This document shows, one piece after another, positions 15,248 to 29,053 of a DNA stretch of 64,000 bases; the stretch's first letter is position 1; the number at the start of each line of letters is the position of its first letter. A program made the position numbers and the translations under genes. Source of the stretch: Octopus sinensis (lineage: Eukaryota). The DNA lies in assembly GCF_006345805.1 (NCBI RefSeq), contig NC_043005.1, positions 55,242,001-55,306,000 of the forward strand. The letters are read 5' to 3'. Under the pieces are notes generated by a model that was not told where the DNA came from, made no database searches, and saw nothing but the letters and a program-made list of their open reading frames with translations.

Positions 15248-15994
15248 GTATATCTTATATGTAAGATGGAATGAGAAATTCTCAGATATGACTTTCGGGT
15301 AACAATTTGAAATTTCAATATTTCAAAACCCATCACCCATTCTTTCCATTTTCCACTTTGAATCCGTCTTTTTCTCATTTAGGATTATTCAATAGGTCTG
15401 GTTGAGCAGATGATAGAAGCTCACACAAAATTGGCAGGGATTTTTGCATTTCTCATCAGCTGATGGTTTTGCATCACAACTGGTGGTAAAGTTGTATATG
15501 ACTACCTCAATATAGATCAGTGTATGTATGTGCAATTTTGTTGGTTTTTCTTTTTTTGTTTCTTTCATTTTTCCTCTTTTTTTTCATTTCTTTTTTACTT
15601 TATCTTTTCAATCTCTGCTTTATGGCAACATTTTTTTTTTTTCACCAAATTTAACTCAGGGCAGGTTGTGTCTGGTGGTTCATTGTTTGCTTAAACATCT
15701 TATTTTTTATATATACATATCTAAATTTGTTTAGGTTCATGATTTTAGTTTTAAAAAAAATTCCCTTCCTTCTCCCATTTTTAAATAAAATATATATTCT
15801 GCTGCATTTAATAATGTAGCCTCTAATCCATTTCTTTTCCTATTTTAGTTGTTGATATTTTTCACATGAATAATGTTACAGAATTATTTATTCCCAATGT
15901 TCAAATGCCACATTATAGATTTGTTTTTTCTCAATTTACAGCTAGTTCACATGAACTCTACTTTCAGATTACTGTCCACATTTGACATACAGAC

Positions 15995-16048
<54 letters not shown>

Positions 16049-17389
16049 TATACATGTATAGATTTCTAGCTGCAAATTGACTATATAGTGCTTGTCATTA
16101 GTAACTATTTTGCTGGTCAGAAATAATTAGATTTTCAATTCTAAAACTAATTTAGACACACACACACACACACACATATCTATATTATATATATGTATGT
16201 GTGTGTGTATATATATATATATATATACACATATATATATATACATATACACACATACATGTATGTGTCTGTGTATATATGTATTTATGTGTGTGTGTGT
16301 ATATATATATGTGTTTAAGTGTGCATTTGTGGATATTTTATAATTATAAATTCTTAAATACTTTTCTAATATCTTGTGTCATCAGTCTATTAAGCTATTA
16401 GGAAGAAATATTCTCAGACAGCATACGGATAATATATAATGAATCTAAAAAACAGTCTTCTGAAAAATGACATGCTCCATATTCTTTTGGGCAGTAATTA
16501 GAATTAGAAATATTAAACATTTCCTGCCAACCAATTAGCACTACTCATTTCATAATAATGAGCAACACGCTCTTGCAGTTGATTTCTTTGAGACCTTTTG
16601 AGAAATTACTTGTAGCAGGATTCTTTTGCACTATGAATTAAAGTCTGAGATTTTAATGTTATCAGCATTGGACTTTATATGTATTAGTTTGAAACAGGAC
16701 AGAGAAACAGGCCTGTCTCAAATTAATGCTTTCTCATGTCCTAACTAGTTTTTTTTTTTCATTTTTCTTACTTAATCACAAATTTTAACTTCCAAACAAG
16801 CGCAAGTCACAATGAAATACAAATTGAAATTTTCTCAAGAAAATATTCTAATAACAGTTGATTATGATAATTGAATTAAACTTATTTAAATTTCCAGTAG
16901 TGTTTGTAATGTGAAATTGGCTGAATTGTTAAAGATATTGCCAGAAAATACAACTCTCAAGTGGCTATCATTGTTTATATTTTCTCTTTTTTCCCCCTTT
17001 TCTTTTCCTATTTTCTTCACAGGCATCATTATGCTTTACTCATGTTGTCCACCTAATTCAGGGGTTTGGGAGCTAAATTACAAGTAACTAGATTTAAAGC
17101 AGGAAAATTAAGTAATTTTAATTAATGCCATCACTATTTAATATTTATCTTATCATAAATTATTGTTAGTATTTTTTCCTTATTTTTTTTTTAATTATTT
17201 TTTTTCCAAGTTTCTGAAAATAAAGATTTTCTTATCAGTCAAGATATTTTTTAATGACTCTCTCATTAAAGTTTATTTATTCTTTTGTTTTTGTTTTTGC
17301 TTTTCTTTGTCATATTTTATCACTTTTGGTTACAGCAAAAAGAATAAATAAATAAAATGAACATGAAAAATAAAATTTAATATTCCATT

Positions 17390-17409
17390 GGGTAGGGTTA
17401 GGGGTAGGG
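17390..17409 (+). promoter_or_regulatory. canonical G-quadruplex motif GGGTAGGGTTAGGGGTAGGG
   Basis: Four G>=3 tracts with 2-3 nt loops; function not shown. Confidence 0.6.
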
Positions 17410-18053
17410 TTGTTAATTTGGCTAGTCCTCCAGGTAAGCAATAATGATTTTGTTAAATTTTGTTGGGATTTTTTTTTCTTTTTTCTTATTTTATTAGAAA
17501 GTAGTTAAATATATGCTTTTCTTGTACTGATTGTTTTTCCTGTTTTATTTTTCACATTTTATTGTTTTTTTTTATTATTATTATTTGATTTCTGTTTCAT
17601 AAAATCAAATGGCATAGTTATTTTCTTAAAAGACTATAATTTTTATTCCTGTCATTTACTTATGCTCTGTATAAATATTTGTATAAGCATTGGCTCTTAT
17701 GAATGATTATTATTAATATTATTATTTTCTTTTTGTTTCATAAAAGAAAAGAAAATTAAAATAAATTGTTATTTAGCTCTGAAATTCATCTTTTGTTTCA
17801 ATTTTTTCAACCACTGTCCCATTCCTCTGATGTACTCCACAAAAAAAAAAAGTGTTGGTAAGATAATTTGTGTTCAGCTCTCATTGTAAAGAAGTTTAGT
17901 AGCTTAGATTACTTAACAGAGAATTGTTTCTGTTAAAAACAATTGCAATGTGAAATAACTCAACTAGTGTCAGCTTATCTCTGAGTAGTTCAGAATATAA
18001 AGGATTGACAAATAGGCAGTACCCATATTCATACCCAGGTACAGACACACACC

Positions 18054-18100
<47 letters not shown>

Positions 18101-20345
18101 GGTCAGTTGCTCATAAGTCTGAGAATAAAGCACACTCTGGAAAAAAACATTTTAAAGGAGTCATTGGTTATGGCTTGTCAGAAGGCTACCATAGGTTTCA
18201 TGTATGTTATTGCACTTAGCAATGTAGCAACTCATCAGACCTGCTGGCCCAAATCACATGACCTCTTTACTAATGGAGGTAAGAATACAATCTTGGTCAA
18301 CAATGGCTGTGAAAAAAAATTCTGACTGGCCTTAACCAACAACTACTTTTAAACATATGCACACACACACACATATATATACACACGCATATACATATAT
18401 GTATATCTACATATAACACATAAATATATATATTTATCTATGTATATATATAATATATATACACACAAGAATAAAATTTAACATGCTTTTGTAGTAATTA
18501 GATAGATATTTTCATTGAGAAAGGAAGAAAAGATTTTTCTTGTAGATAAATAGCAAAAATTTCTAAAGATAGACAAACAAAAATTTGTTTAAATAGCTTT
18601 TTACTAATACTACCACAACAGTGTGTGTGTGTAAATATATATATAAACTATTTAATAAATCTCAATTAATTCTCACTCACAGAGTAGTTGTATTATTACT
18701 AATAATTATTGTTGATCTTTATTGAAACTAAATTTGAAAACTGAACTTCTAATAAGTCAAAAATGGAGCCTGTGCATGGTTGATTCACCAGCTAGAAATA
18801 ACAGCCAGAAATCCCTCAAAGTATGTCTTAAATAAAGTAGCATTAGATGTGGTAGAAATATTGAATAGACACAACTGAAATGCTTTGATCATAGGTCTGC
18901 TGCATGTCAGGGTTGACCTGAGGTTTAACAACACCAAGTGAACTTTTAAACATCTCGAGCAAATTTATGGTATATTTCTGGTATTTAATGTCAAGTTGAT
19001 GTTTGGTTGAATGACTTGTTTACCATTGCATAGGAAGTAATATGAAAATCTTGTTTGGGTTTGTCTGAATTACAACTTACATTGCAAAACAAGGTAATCC
19101 ATGCACACATACACACGTATTGTTCAACAGAGACATGCATTTGATTGGTCATTCTCTGACCATTTTCAAATACCTATATCTTATTTCTACAATATTCTTT
19201 AGCTATTTTGAGCTTAGAATCTTAATTTCCAAATAAAGACACAGTGCTAATTCACTATGCCACAAACTGTTGCCTAACTTATAAGGGGACTGAAATCTTG
19301 TAATTGAAAGAAAAATTCTTTGCATAAATTTCACAGAAGCAATGTATTTTACGCCTGTAGATACTTATGTACACAAACACTTTGTGCTTGAATATGATTA
19401 GAGAATCACACAGATTAATAGCTCTGATATGTGGTTTTGAGTTCAATCTCACTACACACCACCTTGGGCAATCATCATCTGCCATGGACTCATAGTAACC
19501 AAAGCCTTGTGAGTGAAGTTTGGCAGACTTATTCTTGGGTGGTAGTCTTAACACTACTGTCGTGCGCATTGGTGCTTTTATCTGGGTCCAAACATTTTGG
19601 TAAGACTCTCCTGGTCTGAGGATAACTTCTCCTCAAGGGAGACCCTGAGAAGGGTTTAGTAGGGTTTATGGCTGCTGCCCTACCTACACTAAGCCATTAA
19701 CAAAAAAAAAGCCAAAATTATTCTTGTAATAAATCAAATTAAAACTACTTTAGTTACCTAGTTTAGGTTTATTTACTTAGAGGCCAAGAATTGCAATGTC
19801 CCATTAATGTAGTGGTTACCACAGCTATAAGCTTTACAACAGACATAGCATCTGAATCCCAAGGATAATGTTACAACTTTTTCCATTTTCTATATTTAAA
19901 TTTATATACAGTCTAGATGTTAGGTAATCATATACACACATGATGTTGGCCTATATAGATGTTTATTGGAACAATACAACACCGGTGGGGCTAGTTATCA
20001 TTTGTTGTAATTACAGTTGTAGTGTTAGGTGTAATAGCAGTGATTACCGTAGGTGCTGTTGTGCCAGTGAATCAAATGTGCTACATTGGATATATATATT
20101 ATTGAGAAAGCAGTTACTCATTTTCTATCTGAAAAATTCAAAGCATAAGAATTATGTAATATTGTTTAAAGTAGAATCACTTCAATAAAAGGAAGTTGTA
20201 ATATTATTATTAAAAGAAATAACTCATCAGACCAAAAACTCTTTATTGACAGAAAATAACTTGGAGGTTTGTAAGAATGTTCTAAATTTCAGTTTGTATG
20301 CAAATGAGAACTACATCTTTCCATCATTAATATGTAGTTTTCAGA

Positions 20346-20558
20346 AGGCGGTGAGCTGGTAGAAACGTTAGCATGCCAGGTGGAATGCTTAGCAGTATTT
20401 CATCTGTCTTTACGTTCTGAGTTCAAATTCCGCTGAGGTCGACTTTGCCTTTCATCCTTTTAGGATCAATAAATTAAGTACCAGTTGCATACTGGGGTCG
20501 ATCTAATCAACTGGCCCCCTCCCCAAAAATTTCAGGCCTTGTGCCTAGAGTAGAAAAG
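20346..20558 (+). mobile_element. tRNA-derived SINE, family B (central GCCTTTCATCCTTT..GGTCGATAAA, Meta-domain-like)
   Basis: 17-bp TSD AATATGTAGTTTTCAGA at 20329-20345 and 20559-20575; B box GAGTTCAAATTCC; many copies downstream. Confidence 0.9.
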
Positions 20559-21785
20559 AATATGTAGTTTTCAGATTTTTTAATTATTGTTGATAATTGA
20601 ATCAATATTACCATATCTGATGGCTTATAAAAGTGCATCAACTTAAAACATTCACCTCAATGCTGGTTGACACTCATTTGAACCATTACTTGCCTGTAAC
20701 CCAAACCCTGACTTTGTTTTTATAAGTTGCTGATTGATTTCTGGAACAATTTTTTTGGTGGGGCTTCTTAAACTGTTAAATTCAGTATACTAGAATTTTT
20801 TTTTTATCATTTTACACTTTGAATTGAAGAAAACATATTTTATTCTTCCCAAAAAGTTTAAGTGAGGACTATAAATAGTAAAATAGTTTCTTCAAGTTGT
20901 TGATAACTATTTTAATATATAATACCTTTATTTAGTTAGAACTTTGTTAATAATTTCAAGTATTGTAGAGGTGGTGGGTTAGGGTGCATAATGATTATTT
21001 TAAGGTTAAAGCTGATCGCATTTTTGTTGTTACTTTATTATAAGTTGGCCAAAAAATTTAAACTTATAAAATTGCAGATATTTCTATATCTATTATATAG
21101 TTTTATAATTACTAGTAGCAAATCATTAAAAGAAAACTATCTTTAAATGACTGAGATGGAGAGAATATTTCCTTCTCTGTTGAGAAGTTTCTCAGAAATA
21201 AATTCATTGTATACTTAAATATTTTTTTTCTTGTCTAACTAAATTAAAATCTTAAAGCTTAACAGAGAAAATTTATTTATTTTCATTTTTGTTTTGGTTT
21301 TAATTTCAAATCAAAGTATCCGAAGGGATATCACATAATTACTGTACATGGGACATTTACAAAACTTAAGTTAGGTAGTTAAATGGCATTGTCATTAGAT
21401 ACAGCATCCAGTTAAGCTGAAGCTTATCTCTTATTTTTATATAATGGAATAAAGCAAAAAGTCTTCATTGTGTGACATACGGACTTGTTTATGGTAACTT
21501 ATGGTATTATTAAGATAAGGAATAAATACTATTTTAAATTGCTGTTCATAGTGCCACCAGATGACTAATTCTATCTCCATAAAAGTCAGAGGCAAGTGCG
21601 TACATGCTCTCACTTCTCTTGGCAGCAGTTGTCATTGATAACAATTTGATGACACTTGTATGGGTCAATACAAAATATAGATTTATACATACACTATATA
21701 TATAAAGAGATAGGGAAAAGTACTGTCAACATGGGCTTTCATCTGTCTTTTCCTCCTATACTAATAGATGAAGCAGGCATAACAA

Positions 21786-21997
21786 TTAACTCTTTAACAC
21801 TCAGATTATTCTGTCAAATGTAATATTCTAATTGTTTTGAATTAATCAGGCATTATCTTATAGCTTTGATATTTTGATGATGTCGTTATTTTTAGAAAGG
21901 CATTGTAGGATAGGTGCAAGAGACCAGATCTGGCTGGTTTGAACATAAAGCAGGTAGAATATTTGGCCTGGATGTGGTTGGTTTAAATCCTAAAAGG
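21786..21997 (-). mobile_element. degenerate TTAA-type MITE, same family as 31755-31945
   Basis: Reverse-complement similarity to 31755-31945. Confidence 0.6.
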
Positions 21998-22450
21998 GCA
22001 ACATATACCCACACTCTACATTATTTTTATGATCTAGATAATCTATTGCCTATTTTTTAGCATTGTAAAGTAAAATACATCAAATTCTGAAGTGTGAGCA
22101 AAGAATTAATGTTACATGCATTGAATGAATAATGTTCACTTCAGTTTTCCCATGAAGGGAGCAAAATATTCTAATTAATATATTTTGTACATTCTTTCAT
22201 CTATAATTACGCATTTTTTTTTTTACCCTCTGCTGTTTTTAATTATCTTTGGATATGAATTTAATTATCTTCTCTTTCAAATGAAAATACAGCGAACCAG
22301 CTTATAGTTAAGGTCAAGCCAATGGGGGGAAAACCACTGAATTGTTACTAAACTTGTTAGAAATAGCAGCTAATTACCCTCAAAATACCCTAGCATATTG
22401 AAATTAAGACTCTTTGGATAATTAACTGGGAGTGCTTTATGCCTATAAAA

Positions 22451-22487
<37 letters not shown>

Positions 22488-25459
22488 ATTACCATGGTTG
22501 GAATGGATTTTATCATAGATCTATCATGATAGACCTATAGTTAAACAACAGCAGTTTATAGTTAAGGGGATACCAGACACTAAGAAAATTAATTTTAGTA
22601 TAAAGTTGGTAGTACAATAGATTATGTAAACTTAAAATGAAAGCATTTGATTGGTCCTGTTGTAAAACATCCTTTCAAAGAAATTGCTAAAATGGTATGA
22701 AAATGCCTACTAAGGTATTCAAGTTTTGTTTATTCTTAACTAATATTGCAATCAAAGGTTTGCTTTTGATTCAAGAACAAATTTTTGTTTAGCTAATGTT
22801 ATCATGTAGTAATTGTCTTATAGTGGATTAACAGTGAAGTCATTACGAATTATTGAACAGTTGCTATACAAAAGAATTGTTAGTGTTTTATGACAGTTGC
22901 TGTAATATCCTTACTAGATAGACTAAAGCACTATTAACTTAGTTTACAATGAAAACATTGTCAGTCCCTGCTCAAAAACAGAGCACATGCCCTTTTAATA
23001 TTAATTGCTTTTTTTTACCATTTTATGTTTGACTCCTGCTTACATTGCATGTTTTAACACTTCAGCTCTCGTCTTGCATCACTCACACTCCATTTCAATG
23101 TAGCCATTAATATTATTATTATTATAATTCAAGACCATTACCCTGGCCCCAACTTCTTATTCAAAAGACAAGAAAATGAAAGGTAAACAGTTGGTGAAAG
23201 CTGGTACCCTTTTAAATGTTAATAGTTTCTTTCTTTGCTCTGTTTCTGTTTCATTTCTTCTTCTTGCTTAGTTCTCTTGACATGTGCTTACTCTATTCAA
23301 GTCGGCATACTTTAAACATTTTCCTTTCATTTTCAAAGCGTTTTTATTCTAGTGTTTTCTATTTATCAACAAAAGTATTTGAAAACCAATTTTTCAATCT
23401 GTTGTGGGATTTATTAGTTAATTTATTAATTTATTTATTATTATCATTTATTTATTTAATTTTTAAAAAATACATTAGAATTTTTCTTTATATCTGTCGG
23501 TTTTATTTTATTGTCTGTGGTATGTTAGTAAAAATTAGTGTTTACCAGTGACTGACAGATTACACACACAGTCTGTGCTTCATTTCTTTTTGTTCTTTTC
23601 TTACTGTATATTTAAACTCACTTTTCAGCATTACTTTTACAAACGAAGGATGACAATTGCCCTTTGTGTATGACTGGAACATTTATTTAGTTGTCTATCT
23701 GTTACATTTTGATAGCTTGTTAAAACACCTTTCTTCAGTTAATAACTAACGAGTTATGTAACTTTTAAATGCTGTGATAAGATAAGCTATTGAGCTGGGT
23801 TGCAAACATTTCTATTGGGTCTCCGATAAATCTAGTGTTGATTCCCCCCTCCCTTCCTCATTCCCTCCCTCCCTCCATAAATGGGCATTTCCTCTTGTTC
23901 ATATTTGTCTTCTTGTTAATATTAATGTCCATTATTATTGACTTACTGCTGCACATGCATGCAAATACTTTTATTTTATGGTATCAGTTGTATAATTTCC
24001 ATTGTTCTTTCTCCTCAAACCCTCTCTAGTTCTCCTTTTTTTTTAAACAGTAACAAACTGCAGATATGATTTTTTTTTCTTTTTTTTTTTCAAAATGTGG
24101 GACAAGACTTAAGAAATATTAACTATTTGCTCAGGTCTTATTCAGATTTAACATCTTATTTCTGTGTTAATAAAACACGATAAAATTCTTTTGAGACAAT
24201 AACTACTGGAGCAGTTTTGTTTCCAAAACCCTATTTTGTTTTTCCTCAGTGTTCAGTATTAAAACAGACTTAATTAATCTAAGGGAAGACACCATCTCTA
24301 GCATATTATTTTGAATAATAAAGAGTGTTTTAAGCTCTTATATTCACATCATTAAAAACAACCATCACCACAAAGTTGGCTAAAACATGTACAAGAATCC
24401 AATAATTAATTCATATCACCCTTCCTCTTTTTTTTTCTCCCAAGTAGTGTCATTCATATGATATAAACAGTTCAATGAAATATCAATGCTACAATCCTGA
24501 ATATAGATACAGAGTGTGTTAATACACACATACACACTCACACACACATGCACACACACACACACACATTCAGAGTTTAACTAAACATGAGATAAAAAAA
24601 AAAGTTCATTTCAGTTTTCCAATAAATGTGTAAATAGAGAAAGTATTGTTTGTTTCTACAAAATTTTGGACATATGAATAGAGTGAATGCTGCAATATAC
24701 ACAGAGCATTGAAGTCTTAAGCTTTTTGATATTTTGCTAAAAGAGCATATAAAATTAAATTTGATGCTGCACCTTATTTGCATGTAAATGCATATATGCA
24801 TAAGAAGAACTGCTACAAAATAATTGCATTAAATTACTCTGCTGTTGGAAGGCAAACATACAGTGACAAAATTATAGGGATGGATAGCCAAGACAGTGGT
24901 CAAGAGTTATCCCGATATCATTATATTACAAGCTAAATGCTAAACAATGAATGCAAAACAACACAATAATATGAGAAAAGCCTTCTTGTGTATTCCATAC
25001 ATACTTGTATATATTTCCAAAGGTTTCAAATTTGTGAAAGCCTCTGTTGTGATAATTTCAAACTCCCCCCTCCCCTTCCTTCACATGATATGTTTCATTT
25101 GAAATAATTACTTTTTAAAAATATGGTTTTATAATTGATATCTTCTTATATGAAATGTTGGTGTCTCCCCTTGATGCTAGATTCTTTTGTGTGTTCTCCG
25201 ATCCCCCCACAAATTTTGTGTCAAAAATATTTAATAATAAAGAAAGAAAGAAAAAAACAAAAGAAGGCCTAGGAATTATTGCTAGACATTTCATTTGCTT
25301 TTATAAAATATATATGTGAAAGTCAGTTGATGCTGACATCTGTCCAGTCAGTTTTAAAGGTGATGGTGTTGGTGGGGGAGGGGTTTGAATCTCCCTTTGA
25401 ATCTTTTTTTTTTTTTTTTCGGAGACCCCCAGTAAATCACTCATTCAATGCTAGATGCA

Positions 25460-25725
25460 AATAAATAAGAGTACATCCGCTGCAGTAATATCACATTACG
25501 ATATCGTTGCAGACTGTATAAAATGGAAAAAAAGAAAAAAATCTAAAAACAAAAATCAAAAAAATCCATCTTTTTCTATTTTATTTTTGATTTGATTTTT
25601 TTTTTAAATAAATATATATTCGTAAGTTCCCCCACCCCATCCCCCCCCCAAAAACTCCTTTCATTATGTCCAGTGGGTGAGACAATTATTTTTTTTTTCC
25701 ATTTTTTTTTTGGTTTTTTGCTTTT
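25460..25725 (+). terminator. putative polyadenylation region
   Basis: AATAAA at 25460-25465 and ~25607, downstream U/GU-rich tract, located at the edge of the TE-poor block. AATAAA is common in AT-rich DNA. Confidence 0.35.
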
Positions 25726-26166
25726 CTTCAAAGACTATCTGTAACAAATGTCTTCAGTAGCCAAGTACAACCCTGCCCATGCCATACCCCCATTCATCTA
25801 CCCTGTTGGTTTCATTGGTGAATTGTTTTCTGGGTGTTTGTTCTGTTATGTACCCTTTACTTGGCTTAAGGGTATACCCCCTGATTGGATCCCATTTGCT
25901 TGCTACCAGTCAGTTAGGCATGCCCATTTAAAATACCTCAGACTTTTGCAATACTTCGGTATGGCTTTTCATTCTCATTAGTCTGATTGATTGTATATCG
26001 AAATAAAAAGTATTGGCTAGTTATTCCTGTTGTTGTTGTTGTTACTATTATTATCATTATTATTATTATTTGTGTGTATGTGGCAGACTAGCAGGAGTGC
26101 TTCCAATAACTAATTTTTCACTAACAATGCAGCTCTATCATGCCTCTCTGTTTGTCTGTCTGTCTG

Positions 26167-26231
<65 letters not shown>

Positions 26232-26539
26232 CTCTCTCTCTCTCATATCTCTCTCTCTCATATCTCTCTGTATATTTTATCTTTTACTTGTTTCAGTCAT
26301 TGGACTGCGGCCATGCATGCTGGGGGCATTGCCTTGAAGGCTTTAATCAAACAAATCGGTCCGAGTACTTATTTTTAAAACCTGGTACTTAATCTATCAG
26401 TTTCTTTTGACAAACAGCTAAGTCACAGAGATGTAAACAGACCAACATTAGTTGTCAAGCAGTGGTGGAGACACACACACACATTCATCGACACATATGT
26501 ATGTGTACATGTATATATATATACTAAAAGGGTTAAGAT

Positions 26540-26870
26540 GCCCTTCGATCATGAATGACCATAGGATTGTACCTACAGAGTTCCCCTCTGAAGCACAAAT
26601 CTGGACAAGGTAGTTTATGGAAGACAAGCAGTTGCCCATGCATACCAGCCTCCACTCTCCATGCCACCGATGTCATCCAAAGGGAAGGCAAAGTCTGATA
26701 AAGCTTGGCACCATTGATGTTGCAACTCATTTCTAAAGCTGAGTGAACAGGAGCAACTTGAAATGAAGTGTCTTGCTCAAGAACACAACACACAGCCCAG
26801 TCTGGGAATCAAACTCATTGCTTCATGATTGTGAGCTTGATGCTCTAACCACTGAGCCATGCATCTTCAC
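26540..26870 (-). mobile_element. tRNA-derived SINE, family C (TGTGTTCTTGAGCAAGACACTT core), nested in a family A SINE
   Basis: Homologous to 34030-34366, 38772-39102 and 63570-63932; family A halves lie on either side (~26285-26480 and ~26895-27050). Confidence 0.8.
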
Positions 26871-27220
26871 ACATACACACACAACACACAGCACACAACA
26901 GGCTTCTTTCAGTTTCTGTCTGCTAAATCTACTCACAAGGTTTTGGTGACATAGGCAAGTATTTTCTACTATAAGCCTAAGATACCATGCAGTGGGACTG
27001 AACCCAAGATCACATGGGTGGAAAACAATCTTCTCATATACATAGTCACACTTATGCCTATATGTATATACACATTCAATGCATTTCTCTAATTACCACA
27101 GAATATATTCTGTTTCACATGTCAGCTCTTACATTATAGACGAAACAACATATTTTGTTGGACACACTATCATGGATAAACCCTTGGGCATTTAATCCAG
27201 CCATATCTGGCCCAAATTTT

Positions 27221-27605
27221 TTCAGAGGCGCAATGGCCCAGTGGTTAGGGCAGCGGACTCGCAGTCATAGGATCGCGGTTTCGATTCCCAGACCGGGCGT
27301 TGTGAGTGTTTATTGAGCGAAAACACCTAAAGCTCCACGAGGCTCCAGCAGGGGATGGTGGTGATCCCTGCTGTACTCTTTCACCACAACTTTCTCTCAC
27401 TCTTACTTCCTGTTTCTGTTGTACCTGTATTTCAAGGGGCCGGCCTTGTCACTCTCTGTGTCACGCTGAATATCCCTGAGAACTACATTAAGGGTGCACG
27501 TGTCTGTGGAGTGCTCAGCCACTTACATGTTAATTTCACGAGCAGGCTGTTCCGTTGATTCGGATCAACCAGAACCCTCGTCGTCGTAACCGATGGAGTG
27601 CTTCC
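27221..27605 (+). mobile_element. young tRNA-derived SINE inserted in a TTAA MITE (~27181-27804)
   Basis: 16-bp TSD ATCTGGCCCAAATTTT at 27205-27220 and 27606-27621; tRNA-like head; CpGs retained. Confidence 0.9.
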
Positions 27606-28236
27606 ATCTGGCCCAAATTTTCTACCCATTTTGTCTTTAAACTGCCCAGATCTAACCTCTTACACTTACCCTATGATGTCGTTTTAAAAATATACAAACA
27701 CACCATTAAAATCTTGAAGCTGCAAAATAATGCATGATTAATTCAAAACAATGGGAATAAATATAAGCCTTACATTTGACAAAGAAATCTGAATGTTAAA
27801 AGGTTAAATGTACTGGCCCTTTGAGTTCTCTACTCTAAGTGACAGGACCATGTTCCTATAAAATTGTCATCCAAACCACACAGTTCTGGTTTCACTCCCA
27901 TGCATGCCACTTTGGGCAGGTATCTTCTACTATAGGCCCAGGTTGACCAAAGCCTTATTAGTGGATTTGATAGACAGAAATAGAAAAAAATGTTTGTGTG
28001 TGTGTCTTTGTCTTGACATCATGTGATAGTTACAAATGAGTCACTGTCACACAAGCAGTATCGTTCGTTTCCAATATGCGGCAGCGCCATGGAGAAGTTT
28101 TACCTTGCATGTAAACAGTTGAGGATTGATGGCAAGAAGAGCATCCGGACATAGAAAATCTGCCTCAAATAAACTCCGTCTGACCCACGCAAGCATAGGA
28201 AAGTGGATGATGATGACAATAGTTTATGGTAGCTGA

Positions 28237-28385
28237 TCAAATGGCCAATAGCTGTGGAGTTTCTCCAATGTATAACCGTTTCCTCAGATAGGAAGAAACT
28301 CTCTGAAGAATTAACTGCACTGTAAGAAAGTGAGGAAGGGTTTCATATTTACAGGTGACTGGATCAACCAAAATTGAAGTATAAA
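28237..28385 (-). pseudogene. pseudo-exon, VPS13B-like C-terminal (PH-like) region
   Basis: TSILVDPVTCKYETLPHFLTVQLILQRVSSYLRKR versus recalled VPS13B FPVTEIDC...NLLTVQL...YNRLVDYI. Confidence 0.4.
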
Positions 28386-29053
28386 AGTATTACAGTCAGC
28401 TATGGTATTGAGTTCATTTTTCTCTCATTATTGCCAGTGATTATGCATAGAGGCACAGATGTGTCTGTGTGACTGAGAAGCTTGCTTCCTAACTATGTGG
28501 TTCTGGGTTCAGTACCACCGCATAGCGGCTTTGGTGAGTGTCTTCTACTCTAGACTTGGATCAACCAAAGCTTTGCCAGTGTTCTAACCTGCAAGAACTC
28601 ACGCATTATAAATACCAAAAGCATGCATATATATGTACGCCTACATGCATGCAACAGATAAAACATACATGCATGCATATATGCTCTTCCAGACAAATGC
28701 ACATGTACTCATGTTTATACATAAATGCAAGAATGTACATACTTACCTATACACACCCACACATGCATCCAAGACACAAAAACTGAAAGAAACATACTGT
28801 ATTCTTTCATTCTTTTCCTTGTTTCAGTCATTTGACTGCAGCCATGCTGGAGCACTACCATAAAGGAGTTTTAGTTGAGGAAATTGACTCCAGGACTTAT
28901 TCTTTGTAAGGCTAGTACTTATTCTATTGGACTCTCAGCCGAACTGCTAAGTTATGGGGACATAAACACACCAGCATCAGTTGCCAAGTGATGGTGGCAG
29001 GGACAACACAGATACAAAGAATACAAAGACACACACAAATAAATATATATATA

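Larger units (their letters stand above)
1..25730 (+). other. TE-poor, A/U-tract-rich block; putative very long 3' UTR or terminal non-coding transcript region
   Basis: Only two full SINEs and a few fragments in 25 kb versus dozens downstream. No convincing exons. Hairpins carry G-U pairs on the + strand. AATAAA at 25460 and ~25607 is followed by a U/GU-rich tract at ~25685-25725. Confidence 0.4.

Noticed and set aside
27225-27300. tRNA gene candidates (also 33296-33370 and 59442-59515)
   Set aside because: These are SINE-type heads with poor acceptor stems that continue into repeat bodies; not functional tRNAs.
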